Assembly (NCBI GenBank): GCA_963782915.1
Contig: CAWALK010000022.1
Span: 160,001-224,000, forward strand
DNA from: an uncultured archaeon
GTDB lineage: Archaea; Thermoproteota; Bathyarchaeia; Bathyarchaeales; Bathycorpusculaceae
DNA: 64,000 nt
Direction of reading: 5' to 3'
Shown here: positions 20,623 to 31,424 of the stretch, piece by piece
Numbering within the stretch: the stretch's first letter is position 1
Layout: each line of letters starts with the position of its first letter
Position numbers and translations under genes: made by a program
The notes under the pieces: model-generated
Databases searched by the model: none
What the model saw: the letters and a program-made list of their open reading frames with translations, nothing else
What the model was told of the DNA's origin: nothing

Positions 20623-22695
20623 TTATTGCTTGGTTTTCGGCTGGTAAACGCACCATGGGTCCTCAGTCAAGTAATCCTTTTGTTGCTCCGCTGGCACATG
20701 GAGATCGCCGCAGTAGTCGATGAAGTCGCTTGAGAGGCCATAGGCGCGGGCTCTGCAGCCGCCGCATAGCGTCTTATATTCGCATGCGCCGCATTTTCCC
20801 TTAAGAGTGTCTAGATTGCGTAGGTTTTTGAATACCTCTGAGTTGAACCAGATATCTTTGAAGCTTTGCTCGCGGATGTTGCCTAACTTGATTGGCAGGT
20901 ATGGGCAGGGGGTTACGTCGCCGTTGGGGTAGATGCGGCAGTAGTGCATTCCAGCGAGGCAACCGCGAACCCATTGCCTCATGTCTAAACCCATGCCTTG
21001 TGCGATTCGCATGAACTGCGGGGCGCAAGAGGGTTTAACGTTTAGTCTATGCTTGTGGACTTTGGCAAACGTGTTAGTTATCATTTCCTCGTATTTCTCT
21101 GGCGAAATGTCGGTTAATTTGACACCGCGCCCTGTTGGTACAAGGAAGAATAGGTGGAAGTTTTCGACGCCTATGGATTCGGCGAGTGTCATGATGTCGT
21201 CTATTTGGTTGTAGTTGTCATGTGTGAGGGTGGTGTTAACTTGTACTAGGATACCGTTGTTTCGTAGTGCTTTGCAGGCGTTTACTGCTTTATCCCATGC
21301 GCCCGTTACTCCTCTGAATTCATCATGCTGCGCTGGAATGCTTGAATCTATACTGATTGAGACAGTAGCGATGCCTGCTGCTTTAAGTTTCTTGGCCATA
21401 TCCTCGTCGATTAAGTAGCCGTTGCTTCCCAACCCTATCTTCAATCCTTTCTTTGAGCCGTACTCGATGAGCTCGAAAATGTCTTGCCGCAGTAGTGGTT
21501 CGCCGCCGCTAAGGATAAGCAATGGGCTGCTGACCTGGTGGATTTGGTCAATTACATTTTTTGCTTCTTTGGTGGTTAATTCGTCGTCGAGTTTCTTGTC
21601 TGTAGCGTTGATGTAGCAGTGGCTGCATTTCATATTGCATTCGCGGGTCACGTTATAGGACATGACTAGTGGAACAAACCGCTCTTGTGACTTGGCTTCT
21701 GGTGAATAAGCCATTTTTAGGTAGTATTCACATACGCCGTCTTTAGCCATGAGTTTAGGCTGCCACAGGGTGAATGGGAAGGGGAGGACTGTGTCGAGCA
21801 TGGCTTTGGCGTGTGCAAAGCAGAAGTGGTTACAGAAGAGAGCGGATACTTTGGAGTCGATGCCGTATTTTTCTTGGGCATAGTGGTGGCCGCCATGGAT
21901 GGGGCAGTTGAGGAACTCCATTTTGCCGTCGAGTGTTGATCCATCCATCGCCATGTTGATGAAGTGGTCTGCCAGCATGACCGATTGGAGTTTTTCCCGG
22001 CGCATCCCGACTTTAAGCGTTACGTCGAGAGCGATGTTAACGGTTTTTTGGCCAAAATCATCTTTGACTTTTACCATTGCCGCTTCAACTGTTTCGTAAC
22101 CCATGGTTTTCACGAGTTCACTCAAAACGAGGAGGCCTTTGATTGTCTCGTATTCTTGAGTAAACCTCATTAAAACAACTTGTTGTGCCCAATCGTCAAA
22201 CAGCTTCTCCAGCGCTTGGGCTGCTTTGGGGTCTTTGTTTGTTAGCTGGGTTTCGATATTCTTTTGGGTTTGTTTTAACTTGGTGAATAATGCGATTTTT
22301 TCTTCGCTGTTTAAGTGTTTAGTTTCGGCTATAACATCCGCGTCATAGCTTAGTTGCATGGTGCCTTTGGTTAATTCCTTGGCATCAGCGTAGAATTCGC
22401 CATAAATATTGTTTAGTCCTGAGGTGACGTTGGGTAAAGGAACGTTTAGTTCGTCGAGTAGGACTTGGGTTTCGGACTCCATTTTGGTAACCATAGCCAT
22501 ATGGTAGAGCAAGGAACCTGCCATGCCGGGGTCGGCCTGTTTGCCCATTACGCCGGCGAAGATTTGACCGCTTAGTTTTTTGGCTGTATCAAAATCTTGT
22601 TTTTCAATAGCGCATAAAGCTTGGTCAAGTTTAGCTTTGCGTTCAGTTAGAAGTTGTGCCCATTTATGGCAGTGCCTAACATCAAAGTTGGTCAT
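20623..22695 (-). CDS. Radical SAM/SPASM enzyme (AhbD/NirJ-like) with ~335-aa N-terminal extension
   Basis: CNMKCSHC, SGGEPLLR, FFLVPTGRG, CAPQF, GCLAG, SPASM CGAC...CGGCRARA. Confidence 0.88.
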   Translation of the reverse strand: MTNFDVRHCHKWAQLLTERKAKLDQALCAIEKQDFDTAKKLSGQIFAGVMGKQADPGMAGSLLYHMAMVTKMESETQVLLDELNVPLPNVTSGLNNIYGEFYADAKELTKGTMQLSYDADVIAETKHLNSEEKIALFTKLKQTQKNIETQLTNKDPKAAQALEKLFDDWAQQVVLMRFTQEYETIKGLLVLSELVKTMGYETVEAAMVKVKDDFGQKTVNIALDVTLKVGMRREKLQSVMLADHFINMAMDGSTLDGKMEFLNCPIHGGHHYAQEKYGIDSKVSALFCNHFCFAHAKAMLDTVLPFPFTLWQPKLMAKDGVCEYYLKMAYSPEAKSQERFVPLVMSYNVTRECNMKCSHCYINATDKKLDDELTTKEAKNVIDQIHQVSSPLLILSGGEPLLRQDIFELIEYGSKKGLKIGLGSNGYLIDEDMAKKLKAAGIATVSISIDSSIPAQHDEFRGVTGAWDKAVNACKALRNNGILVQVNTTLTHDNYNQIDDIMTLAESIGVENFHLFFLVPTGRGVKLTDISPEKYEEMITNTFAKVHKHRLNVKPSCAPQFMRIAQGMGLDMRQWVRGCLAGMHYCRIYPNGDVTPCPYLPIKLGNIREQSFKDIWFNSEVFKNLRNLDTLKGKCGACEYKTLCGGCRARAYGLSSDFIDYCGDLHVPAEQQKDYLTEDPWCVYQPKTKQ

Positions 22696-22869
22696 GCGTC
22701 CACACCCTTAAAGCATAAGGATTGACACTTGACCCTAAAAAAGGCTAGCAATGAATTGTTGCTTACCATCGATGCATCTTGCATGTTTACGTTGACCCAA
22801 TAAACTAATTAGGCGCCATTGGGAACATAGCCAACTAGAAGGGTGTACCGTTTGGATTTAGACGCAAAC

Positions 22870-23163
22870 ATGATTAACTTAATTCTGGCTTTAGTCGGTT
22901 TCCTAATAATGTTCGGATATCTCGGCGGCATAGGTATCAACAAGCCTCGTGGAATGAGCATGAAAACCTGGTGCATGGGCTATTTAGGCATCGCAATCGT
23001 TTTCGATGTGTTAGCCGTTGTCGGTATGGCTTTTGGTTATATGTGGTTAACCTATTTGCTTGTTGGTCTGGCTGCAGGTGCATCCACTGGGCTGGCATTT
23101 CATGTTGCGCATCATATTAGTGAGGAAAACGAGCACGAGCATAACCCAATGATGGGAATGTAA
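22870..23163 (+). CDS. Small 3-TM membrane protein with His-rich tail
   Basis: Three hydrophobic segments, C-terminal HVAHHISEENEHEH. Confidence 0.6.
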   Translation: MINLILALVGFLIMFGYLGGIGINKPRGMSMKTWCMGYLGIAIVFDVLAVVGMAFGYMWLTYLLVGLAAGASTGLAFHVAHHISEENEHEHNPMMGM

Positions 23164-23169
23164 CTCGCT

Positions 23170-24417
23170 TTACCCTTTTTTAGACTCCAACAATTCATTA
23201 AACAGTATCAAGTAATCCCTCAGCTGGCTTACGATCAAAAAGTTTTCGCGCACATGCTCACGCCCACTGACACCCATCTGCTTCGCCATCTCTCTATTCT
23301 TCAATAAACACAGCGTTCTCTCAGCCGCTTGCTCAACAGTATCCACCAAAAACCCGTTGACTCCATCAATTATTTGCAGGGGGATTCCGCCGACTTTGCG
23401 GCCGACGACAGGCACGCCTTTCCATAGCGCTTCAGCTACCGTTAAGCCGAAGCCTTCACGTGTGGACATTTGAAGCACTACCTGCGAGGCACGCTGTAAC
23501 GCGTTTACTTCATGGTCTTTGACACCTTTCAAATCCGTTAGCAAATGCACGTCTGGATCTTCACCAGCGTGTCGGGCACTCTTTTCCAAATACAGCCATC
23601 CTTCGGGATCATCCGCCGCCATACCCGCAATAAGCAGCAACTGTGCTGTTGGAAACTGCTTCTTAACTATACGATATACGTCGATTGCTCCCGAGGGGTC
23701 TTTCCATGGGTCAAAACGTCCCACTTGAGTTATGATTGGCTGGTCAGGTTTTATTTCGAAACGTTGCAGTACATCCATTACTTCTTGGTCTGTTAATTCG
23801 CGGTTCTTTTCGCTGAGCGGATTGATTGATGGGGGTCGGATTGTTAGTGTTGGTACGGTTAAGCTTGGAACTACGTACTGTTTTGCGGTGAATATTGCTG
23901 CGTCATAGCGGCTAATGTAGGATTCAAGGAACTCCCAAACGGTTAAGTTAGGTGTGGATAAGTCGACGTGGCATCGCCAAATCCATTTGTTGTTCTTGTT
24001 TGGATAGAATTGAATTAGCGCGGCTGGTTGGGCATCATGGATCATGACGATGTCTGTGTCGAGGATTGAGAGTTCACTGTTCATCTTGTTGTATTCGAGG
24101 TAGAGGCGTTCTTCCTCTTTGGACAGCGGGGCATTCATGCCTTGGAGGGCGTTGTGGATTTTTTTTGTAACTGTAAAAAAATCGAAACCACCTTTGATTA
24201 CTTCCCAATGCACATCCAAACCCGCATCCTTCATCAATGGTACTAAGCTGTGGAGGATTTCTGCTACCCCACCGCCGAAAGCTGTGGAATTCACATGAGT
24301 AACCGATTTACCCTTCAACTTATTGCCAAGTTCACGCACGACCTCAATTTGGCCCTCTTTGACTATGCCCTCAAAATCTTTAAGCTCAATTTTCTTATTC
24401 AACTCAACACTCAACAT
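23170..24417 (-). CDS. treT: Trehalose synthase, glycosyltransferase family 4
   Basis: HVNSTAFGGGVAEIL, TKKIHNALQG, WRCHVD, RFDPWKD, EGFGLTVAEALWK. Confidence 0.92.
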   Translation of the reverse strand: MLSVELNKKIELKDFEGIVKEGQIEVVRELGNKLKGKSVTHVNSTAFGGGVAEILHSLVPLMKDAGLDVHWEVIKGGFDFFTVTKKIHNALQGMNAPLSKEEERLYLEYNKMNSELSILDTDIVMIHDAQPAALIQFYPNKNNKWIWRCHVDLSTPNLTVWEFLESYISRYDAAIFTAKQYVVPSLTVPTLTIRPPSINPLSEKNRELTDQEVMDVLQRFEIKPDQPIITQVGRFDPWKDPSGAIDVYRIVKKQFPTAQLLLIAGMAADDPEGWLYLEKSARHAGEDPDVHLLTDLKGVKDHEVNALQRASQVVLQMSTREGFGLTVAEALWKGVPVVGRKVGGIPLQIIDGVNGFLVDTVEQAAERTLCLLKNREMAKQMGVSGREHVRENFLIVSQLRDYLILFNELLESKKG

Positions 24418-24595
24418 AACAAAAAACCCCAAAAACAAAAAACAGTTATCCGCAAAAGGTTGGGACAAAGTATTATTTAGTTCGTCTGCAATAATAAATG
24501 TTGACGTTGTTGGAGTTTTAACGGTAAAATCCTAAGCTAACCGCTTTTCTGAACCTGCTATCTAATAATAACGTTAGAATCCGACACTAATTGGT

Positions 24596-26452
24596 ATGAG
24601 GAATTCTTGTTTGCATGTTGGTGCTGATTTTCAAGATGGAAGTTGTCGTTTTGTAGTGTGGGCTCCCCACTATAACCACCTCACATTGTTGCTCACGAAG
24701 GATGATCAGCATATTCCAATGGATAAAGCAGGTGGAGGTTACTGGACGCATACCGCTGAAGGTTTTGAATCCGACACCACATATATGTTCGAGCTGGAGG
24801 GCAAAGATGTTAAGCCTGATCCAGCCTCGCATTTTCAGCCCGATGGCGTTTTTGGTGGTTCACAGGTAATTGATCACGACACGTTCCGTTGGAAGGACCG
24901 TGATTGGTCGGGATTAGCCATTAAAGACCTGATTATTTATGAGTTGCATGTCGGAGCCTTTACGCCCGAGGGCACCTTTAAAGCAGTTATTCCGCGAATT
25001 AAGGACCTTCAAGAGTTAGGTATCAACGCGGTTGAATTGATGCCCATCACCCAATTCTCGGGAAAACGCAATTGGGGATACGACGGCGTGTTTCCATTTG
25101 CCGTTCAGAACAGCTACGGCACACCAGACGACCTAAAAGCTCTTGTAAACGAATGCCACCAGCACGGCGTTGCTTTGTTTGCAGATTTCGTCTTCAACCA
25201 TCTCGGTCCCGAAGGCAACTGCCTAAACAATTTCGGTCCCTACTTCCCCGATACAAAGATGGGCCTCTGGGGAGCCAACATAAACCTCGATGGACCACAA
25301 AACGATGGCGTACGAAACTACTTTTTGGAAAACACGCTGCACTGGTTTAGCCACTACCACCTAGACGGCATACGGTTAGACGCGGTGCTATCAATGCATG
25401 ACAGTAGCCCTCAACATTTTCTATCTGAACTCAACGAGAAAGTTCATTCCTACGCAGAAGGTGCGGGCAGAAAAATGCATCTTATAGCTGAAACAGGTTT
25501 CAATGTCCCCAACATTTTAGCCCCCATAAGTACTGGTGGCTGTGGCTTTGAAGCACAATGGCTGGACGATTTTCAACACGCAGTCTTTGCGCTGTTAACA
25601 GGCGAGCGAGAAGGTTACTACGGCAATTATGGCAGCATCCAAGACCTAATCGAAGCCTTAACTGACGGATATGTCTATGTGGGTGACGAAGCCGCCTACA
25701 AGCGTAATAGCCCAAGTGAATCCTATAGTTGGGTTGGCGCAGACAAACTCATCGTTTTCTCCCAAAACCATGACCAAGTAGGCAACCGCCTCTTAGGCGA
25801 CCGCTTAACAACAATAGCTGGTTTTGAAGCAGCCAAATTGGCAGCTGGCATAGTACTGCTATCACCCTACGTTCCTCTGCTGTTTATGGGTGAAGAGTAC
25901 GGGGAGACTGCGCCGTTTCTATTCTTCGCCGACTACCAAAGCAAGGAATTAGCCGATGCCGTCCGCGTCGGTCGCAAGCGGGAGTTTGCAAATTTTCATT
26001 GGCAAGGCGAAGTGCCTGACCCGTTGAGTTCGGCGACGTTTGAGAAGTCAAAGCTCAACTGGCAACAGCGCACTTCAGGGCAAGGACAAAAAATTGCGGC
26101 ATACTACCATGCCTTAATTAAGCTAAGAAAAAAATATCCGATCTTCCAAGCCCAAGTCGATAGGCAAATAAAAAATGTCTCAAACCAAGGAAGTGTACTG
26201 TTTATTCAAAAACAAAACCGAAACACCGAATCCGCCATAATCGCCAACACTCAAAACCAACCAGCTACCTACGATTTTCCGTTCGACAACGGCACCTACA
26301 CCAAGGTTCTCGATTCAGCGGATTTCGTTTTTAACGGGGGAGGTCCGACGCTTCCAACACTAGCCGCCAAAGGCGACGAGCATATGATTAGTGCATTCAA
26401 TCTGGCAGTTTATATGAAAACGCCTCATCAGGGTGTGGAGCCTATTGGCTGA
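24596..26452 (+). CDS. treZ: Malto-oligosyltrehalose trehalohydrolase
   Basis: YELHVGAFT, NWGYDGV, NHLGPEGN, RLDAV, QNHDQVGNR. Confidence 0.95.
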   Translation: MRNSCLHVGADFQDGSCRFVVWAPHYNHLTLLLTKDDQHIPMDKAGGGYWTHTAEGFESDTTYMFELEGKDVKPDPASHFQPDGVFGGSQVIDHDTFRWKDRDWSGLAIKDLIIYELHVGAFTPEGTFKAVIPRIKDLQELGINAVELMPITQFSGKRNWGYDGVFPFAVQNSYGTPDDLKALVNECHQHGVALFADFVFNHLGPEGNCLNNFGPYFPDTKMGLWGANINLDGPQNDGVRNYFLENTLHWFSHYHLDGIRLDAVLSMHDSSPQHFLSELNEKVHSYAEGAGRKMHLIAETGFNVPNILAPISTGGCGFEAQWLDDFQHAVFALLTGEREGYYGNYGSIQDLIEALTDGYVYVGDEAAYKRNSPSESYSWVGADKLIVFSQNHDQVGNRLLGDRLTTIAGFEAAKLAAGIVLLSPYVPLLFMGEEYGETAPFLFFADYQSKELADAVRVGRKREFANFHWQGEVPDPLSSATFEKSKLNWQQRTSGQGQKIAAYYHALIKLRKKYPIFQAQVDRQIKNVSNQGSVLFIQKQNRNTESAIIANTQNQPATYDFPFDNGTYTKVLDSADFVFNGGGPTLPTLAAKGDEHMISAFNLAVYMKTPHQGVEPIG

Positions 26453-28880
26453 ACGATTCATCTGCATACACGGCCACTTCTACCAGCCCCCCCGCGAAAA
26501 CCCATGGTTAGAAGAAGTAGAATTCCAAGAATCCGCCCAACCCTACCATGACTGGAACGAACGCGTAACCGCCGAATGCTACGCCCCAAATGTCGTCTCA
26601 CGCGTTATGGATTCAGATTGGCGCATAATCGGATTAATCAACAACTACACACGAATAAGCTTCAACTTCGGACCCACCCTTCTCTATTGGTTGGACAAAC
26701 ATAAGCCGAAAGTCTATGAGTCTATTCTAAGCGCCGATAAAGAGAGCATGAACAATTTTTCGGGGCACGGTTCAGCAATTGCTCAAGTTTACAATCATAT
26801 GATTATGCCGTTGGCTAATCGTCGGGATAAGGAAACGCAGGTGAAGTGGGCGATAAAAGATTTTGAGGTACGGTTCGGCAGGTTTCCTGAGGGTATGTGG
26901 CTGCCTGAAACGGCGGTAGATACGGAGTCACTTGAGGTTTTAGCAGAAAACGGAATAAAATTCACTATCCTTTCCCCTCATCAAGCGTTAAAGATGCGAA
27001 AGTTAGGCGAGGAAGAATGGGCTGATGTTTCTGTGAGCAAAATTGATCCAAGACGTAGCTACAAATGCAACTTGCCCTCTGGAAAGAGTATTAGTTTGTT
27101 CTTTTTTGATAGGCGAACTGCTAGCGACATTGCTTTTGGTAACCTGCTTGAGAATGGCGAAGCCTTTGCAAAGCGGCTTATCGAGTCGCTTAACGGCGAA
27201 AAAGACGAGGTCTTTATCGAGAGTGTGGCAAGCGACGGCGAACTCTACGGTCACCATCACCCACACGGCGATATGACGCTAGCATACTGCATCTACTATA
27301 TCGTCGCCAACGACACTGCCAAACTCACCAATTACGCCGAATACTTGGAAAAGCATCCACCGCAGCATGAGGTGCAAATTGCAGAGAACACTTCCTGGAG
27401 CTGCATACATGGCATAGAACGCTGGCGAAGCGACTGCGGCGACAACATGGGCCATGAAGGCTGGAAACAGGCTTGGCGCAAACCGCTAAGAGAAGCCATG
27501 GATTGGCTACGAGAAACCCTTGCACCTCATTTCGAAACAGACGCGGGACAATACCTCAATGACCCCTGGAATGCACGCAACGATTACAATACTGTAATTT
27601 TGGATCGCTCAAAAGAAAACATAGATGCCTTCCTATCAAGACACTCCAAAAAAGAACTAACCATAGAAGAAAAACGCCGAGTAATCAAACTACTCGAGAT
27701 GCAACGCCATGCTATGCTCATGTATACTAGTTGCGGCTGGTTCTTCGACGAAATCTCAGGCATCGAAACCGTGCAGGTAATGATGTATGCAGCACGAGCT
27801 ATACAACTAGCCGAGGAACTATTCGACATAGAACTCGAAAGCCAATACATCAAAATGCTAGAGCAAGCTCCAAGCAACATACCCGAATTCCAGAATGGCG
27901 CAAAAATCTACAACATATTCGTAAAACCCTCAGTCGTTGACTTCACCAAAATAAGTGCCCAGAACACAATCCGTGAACTCTTCGCCAAAAACAATCACTC
28001 AACTCCAACAACATCAAAGATACCCAACTGCTGTTTTAAAACAACCCCTGACATCATCGAAAAGTGGGATGACGGAAAATTCCGTTTCATCGTAAACCGC
28101 TCAACAATTTTTTCTTCCATCACCCTTGACGAACAAACCTTTAGTTGTGCAGCCATTTGGCTAGGCGACCACAATGTGACCTGCGGAGCCAGATTTGACA
28201 TGCAAAAGAAAGCTTTTCAATCAATGCGCAACAAACTTGTCGGATGCTTTGAGAAGGGGCAGATAAACGAAATAATTGTGGGGTTATCGCGATATTTTGG
28301 TAAAAATAATTATTCCCTCAAGGACCTTTTCAAAGATGACCAACGCTTTGTTCTCGATTACATCGTTGCTGATGGATTGAAGAAAGCTAAGGACCTCTAT
28401 GACATAGTTTACCATGATAATTCAGCGATGCTGCGTTTTATGAAAGAGAATCGTGTTCCATCTCCTAAACCGTTGCTGTCGGCGGCTGAAATAGTGCTTA
28501 ACATGGAGATAGAGCAACTGCTTTTAGCAGAAACCACTGATTTAGAGAGCCTTCATAAACTCATCAACGACTCTAAGCATCTCTCCGTAACGCTTGATTC
28601 TACCCTTATAGGCTTTCAAGCTAGCGAAAAAATAGCTGAGGAATTCAACAAGTTAGCTCAGGCACCAGAAAACCTTGAAATATTAAACAATATAACGGCT
28701 TTAATCCGCACGGTACGCGAGTTACCAGTGCAGCTTAATCTTTGGCAATCCCAAAACGTAGCCTTCAAAATAGCCCAAAATCAATACCAAACCATTAAAC
28801 AAAACATCGATGAATCTTCGCTAGCATGGGTTTCAGCGTTTGCAAAGTTATGTGACTTAATAGGGATACGGCTGGTGTGA
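26445..28880 (+). CDS. GH57 glycoside hydrolase with DUF3536
   Basis: IHGHFYQPPRENPW, GMWLPETAVD, DGELYGHH, WSCIHG, MYTSCGWFFDE. Confidence 0.92.
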   Translation: MAERFICIHGHFYQPPRENPWLEEVEFQESAQPYHDWNERVTAECYAPNVVSRVMDSDWRIIGLINNYTRISFNFGPTLLYWLDKHKPKVYESILSADKESMNNFSGHGSAIAQVYNHMIMPLANRRDKETQVKWAIKDFEVRFGRFPEGMWLPETAVDTESLEVLAENGIKFTILSPHQALKMRKLGEEEWADVSVSKIDPRRSYKCNLPSGKSISLFFFDRRTASDIAFGNLLENGEAFAKRLIESLNGEKDEVFIESVASDGELYGHHHPHGDMTLAYCIYYIVANDTAKLTNYAEYLEKHPPQHEVQIAENTSWSCIHGIERWRSDCGDNMGHEGWKQAWRKPLREAMDWLRETLAPHFETDAGQYLNDPWNARNDYNTVILDRSKENIDAFLSRHSKKELTIEEKRRVIKLLEMQRHAMLMYTSCGWFFDEISGIETVQVMMYAARAIQLAEELFDIELESQYIKMLEQAPSNIPEFQNGAKIYNIFVKPSVVDFTKISAQNTIRELFAKNNHSTPTTSKIPNCCFKTTPDIIEKWDDGKFRFIVNRSTIFSSITLDEQTFSCAAIWLGDHNVTCGARFDMQKKAFQSMRNKLVGCFEKGQINEIIVGLSRYFGKNNYSLKDLFKDDQRFVLDYIVADGLKKAKDLYDIVYHDNSAMLRFMKENRVPSPKPLLSAAEIVLNMEIEQLLLAETTDLESLHKLINDSKHLSVTLDSTLIGFQASEKIAEEFNKLAQAPENLEILNNITALIRTVRELPVQLNLWQSQNVAFKIAQNQYQTIKQNIDESSLAWVSAFAKLCDLIGIRLV

Positions 28881-31424
28881 CCTTGAAGGTGCCTATTGCA
28901 ACTTACCGCGTGCAACTGAATACGAACTTTACTTTTAGCGACCTTAAAGCTGTGTTGCCTTACCTGAGCCAATTGGGGATATCCAACGTTTATGCTTCGC
29001 CGATTTTTCAAGCAAAAAAAGGCAGTCTGCACGGCTACGATGTAACCGACCCGAATATAATCAGCGAGGAGTTGGGCGGTAAAGCAGGCTTCGATGACCT
29101 TATGAAAGAGGTTTCAGCCTATGGTTTGGGTTGGCTACAGGATATTGTACCAAATCACGCCTCGTATTCGTTAGAGAACAGGCGGATATGCGATGTATTA
29201 GCGAAAGGTGCTGATTCAGAGTATGCCTGCCTTTTTGATATTGACTTTGGCTATCCATCAGCCAAACTGTACGGTAAACTGCTAGCGCCTTTCCTGCTTA
29301 ATCCATACATGCGGAGTTTAAAACAGGGACAAATAACCCTCACCCATAACGATGATTTCAAAATAAAATTTAGCGATCTCGAGTTTCCAATTAACGCTCC
29401 AACTGCACAGCACTTAGAACTAAACGGCCCCGTACAGCAAACCCTTGAGAAATTCAACACCGACCCCCGATTCCTAAATGCATTACTCGCCAGACAATAC
29501 TACCGCCTTGCCCACTGGAAAGTTGCACTCAAACACATCAACTACCGCCGCTTTTTCGACGTTATCGACCTCATCGGCGTCCGTATGGAAAATCCTACGG
29601 CTTTCGAATGGGCCCACGGCTTAATTTTTGAGTTAGTCGCTTCGGGAGCATTTTCTGGGTTAAGGGTTGATCACATCGATGGTCTCTATGAACCTAAAGA
29701 GTACCTAAAAAAGTTGCGTGAACGCTGCCCTGATACTTATATGGTTGTAGAAAAAATATTATCTGATAAGGAGCAGTTGCCTGATGAGTGGCAGGTTGAA
29801 GGCACAACTGGCTATGACTTCACAGATTCTGTTAACAAATTATTCGTTAAAAGTTCTGCTCAACCAGAAATCGATGCCCTCTACAGGAACTTCACAGGCA
29901 ACAACCAGGCTTTCAGCGACCTCTTTACGAAGCAAAGAAAGCTGTAATCGAAGCCTCCTTTATGGGTGAAGTAGAGAACCTATCTCGACTGTTTAGCACC
30001 ACTTTGCAGAATCTGGGCTATAATGTAGCGTTTGAGCGTGACACTGTTGAAAGGGCTGTGGTGGAATTACTGGCTAACTTCCCAGTGTACCGAGCATACC
30101 TCGACGAGCAACATCAAGATGATACCTCTTTTAGGGTGGCGCTTGGGCTAGCCGAACAGCATAACCCGCAGCTAGCAGACGAATTCAAAGCATTAGAGTA
30201 TCTGCTAAGGGAAGCAAAAAACTCGCCTGAAGCATTAGCGGCGGTTATGCGTTTCCAGCAGTTCACAGGTGCCGTCATGGCTAAGGGCTTCGAAGACACC
30301 GCACTATATCGCTATACACGAATGCTTCGCTTAACGAGGTCGGTCAAGCCCGCCCAATTTGGTCTTTCTGTGCAGGAATTCCATGACTTTAACCGTGTGC
30401 GGCAGCAAAAGTGGCCTCTAACACTCAACGCCACAAGCACGCATGATACTAAGCGCGGGGAAGATGTGCGGGCAAGATTAAATGTGTTAAGTGAAATCCC
30501 CGATGAGTTCCGCGATAGCATTACAGTTTGGGCACAAGTTAACGCTGCCAAAAAAAGGCAAGTCAATGGCGTGGTTGCTCCTGATGGTAACGAGGAATAT
30601 TATCTCTATCAAACGCTCCTCGGCGCTTATCCATGGGGCAGTGGTGATGCAGAATTTGCACAGCGAATTAAACTGCATATGGTAAAGGCGCTGCGGGAAG
30701 CCAAAGTTCATACCAGTTGGCTCTCGCCCAACCTGCAATACGAAGAGGCAGTTACAACTTTTGTCTCAGAAATCCTTAAGCCAAAGCTTCTTGGACCGAT
30801 TTTTGCCCTTTCAAAAAAAAGTCGCCTTCTACGGCTGCTTCAATTCCCTTGCACAAACCATACTCAAAGCCACTTGCCCAGGCATCCCCGACTTCTATCA
30901 GGGAACCGAGCTTTGGGACCTGAACCTTGTTGACCCCGACAACCGTCAACCCATAAACTTCCAATTAAGGCAGGAAAATGCTAGCAGAAATCATCGAGTT
31001 AAAGCCAGCTAAAGCGCCAGAGCTTCTCCAGACTCCCGCCGATGGCCGAGTTAAGCTCTATGTAATTTACAAGATCCTCCAGTTACGGAGGAAATCGCGG
31101 GCGCTGTTTGAACAAGGTGACTACATCCCGTTAGCCGTGAAGGGTACGTATGCTGAGCATGTGGTTGCTTTCTGCAGAAAAAAAGAAAATGCCTACGCTA
31201 TCACAGTTGCCCTGCGTTTCCCAACAGCCTTGCATAATATCAATGAGAAAGGCAGCATCGTTGATTGGTCAGATACCTACATTAGCCTACCCGAGGGAAC
31301 ACCGACAAGATGGAACGAAACCTTCACCGATAGAACTATCATTTCATGCTGTGGACGATTGCCCCTTCGAGAAGTTCTAACTCAATTTCCAGTTGCACTG
31401 CTAACAAGTGATTTAAATGCTTAA
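28877..31424 (+). CDS. treY: Malto-oligosyltrehalose synthase (several frameshifts)
   Basis: PIATYRVQ, HGYDV, DIVPNH, NYRRFFD, RVDHIDGL, VEKIL, STHDTKRGEDVRAR, PGIPDFYQG split over four ORFs. Confidence 0.92.
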
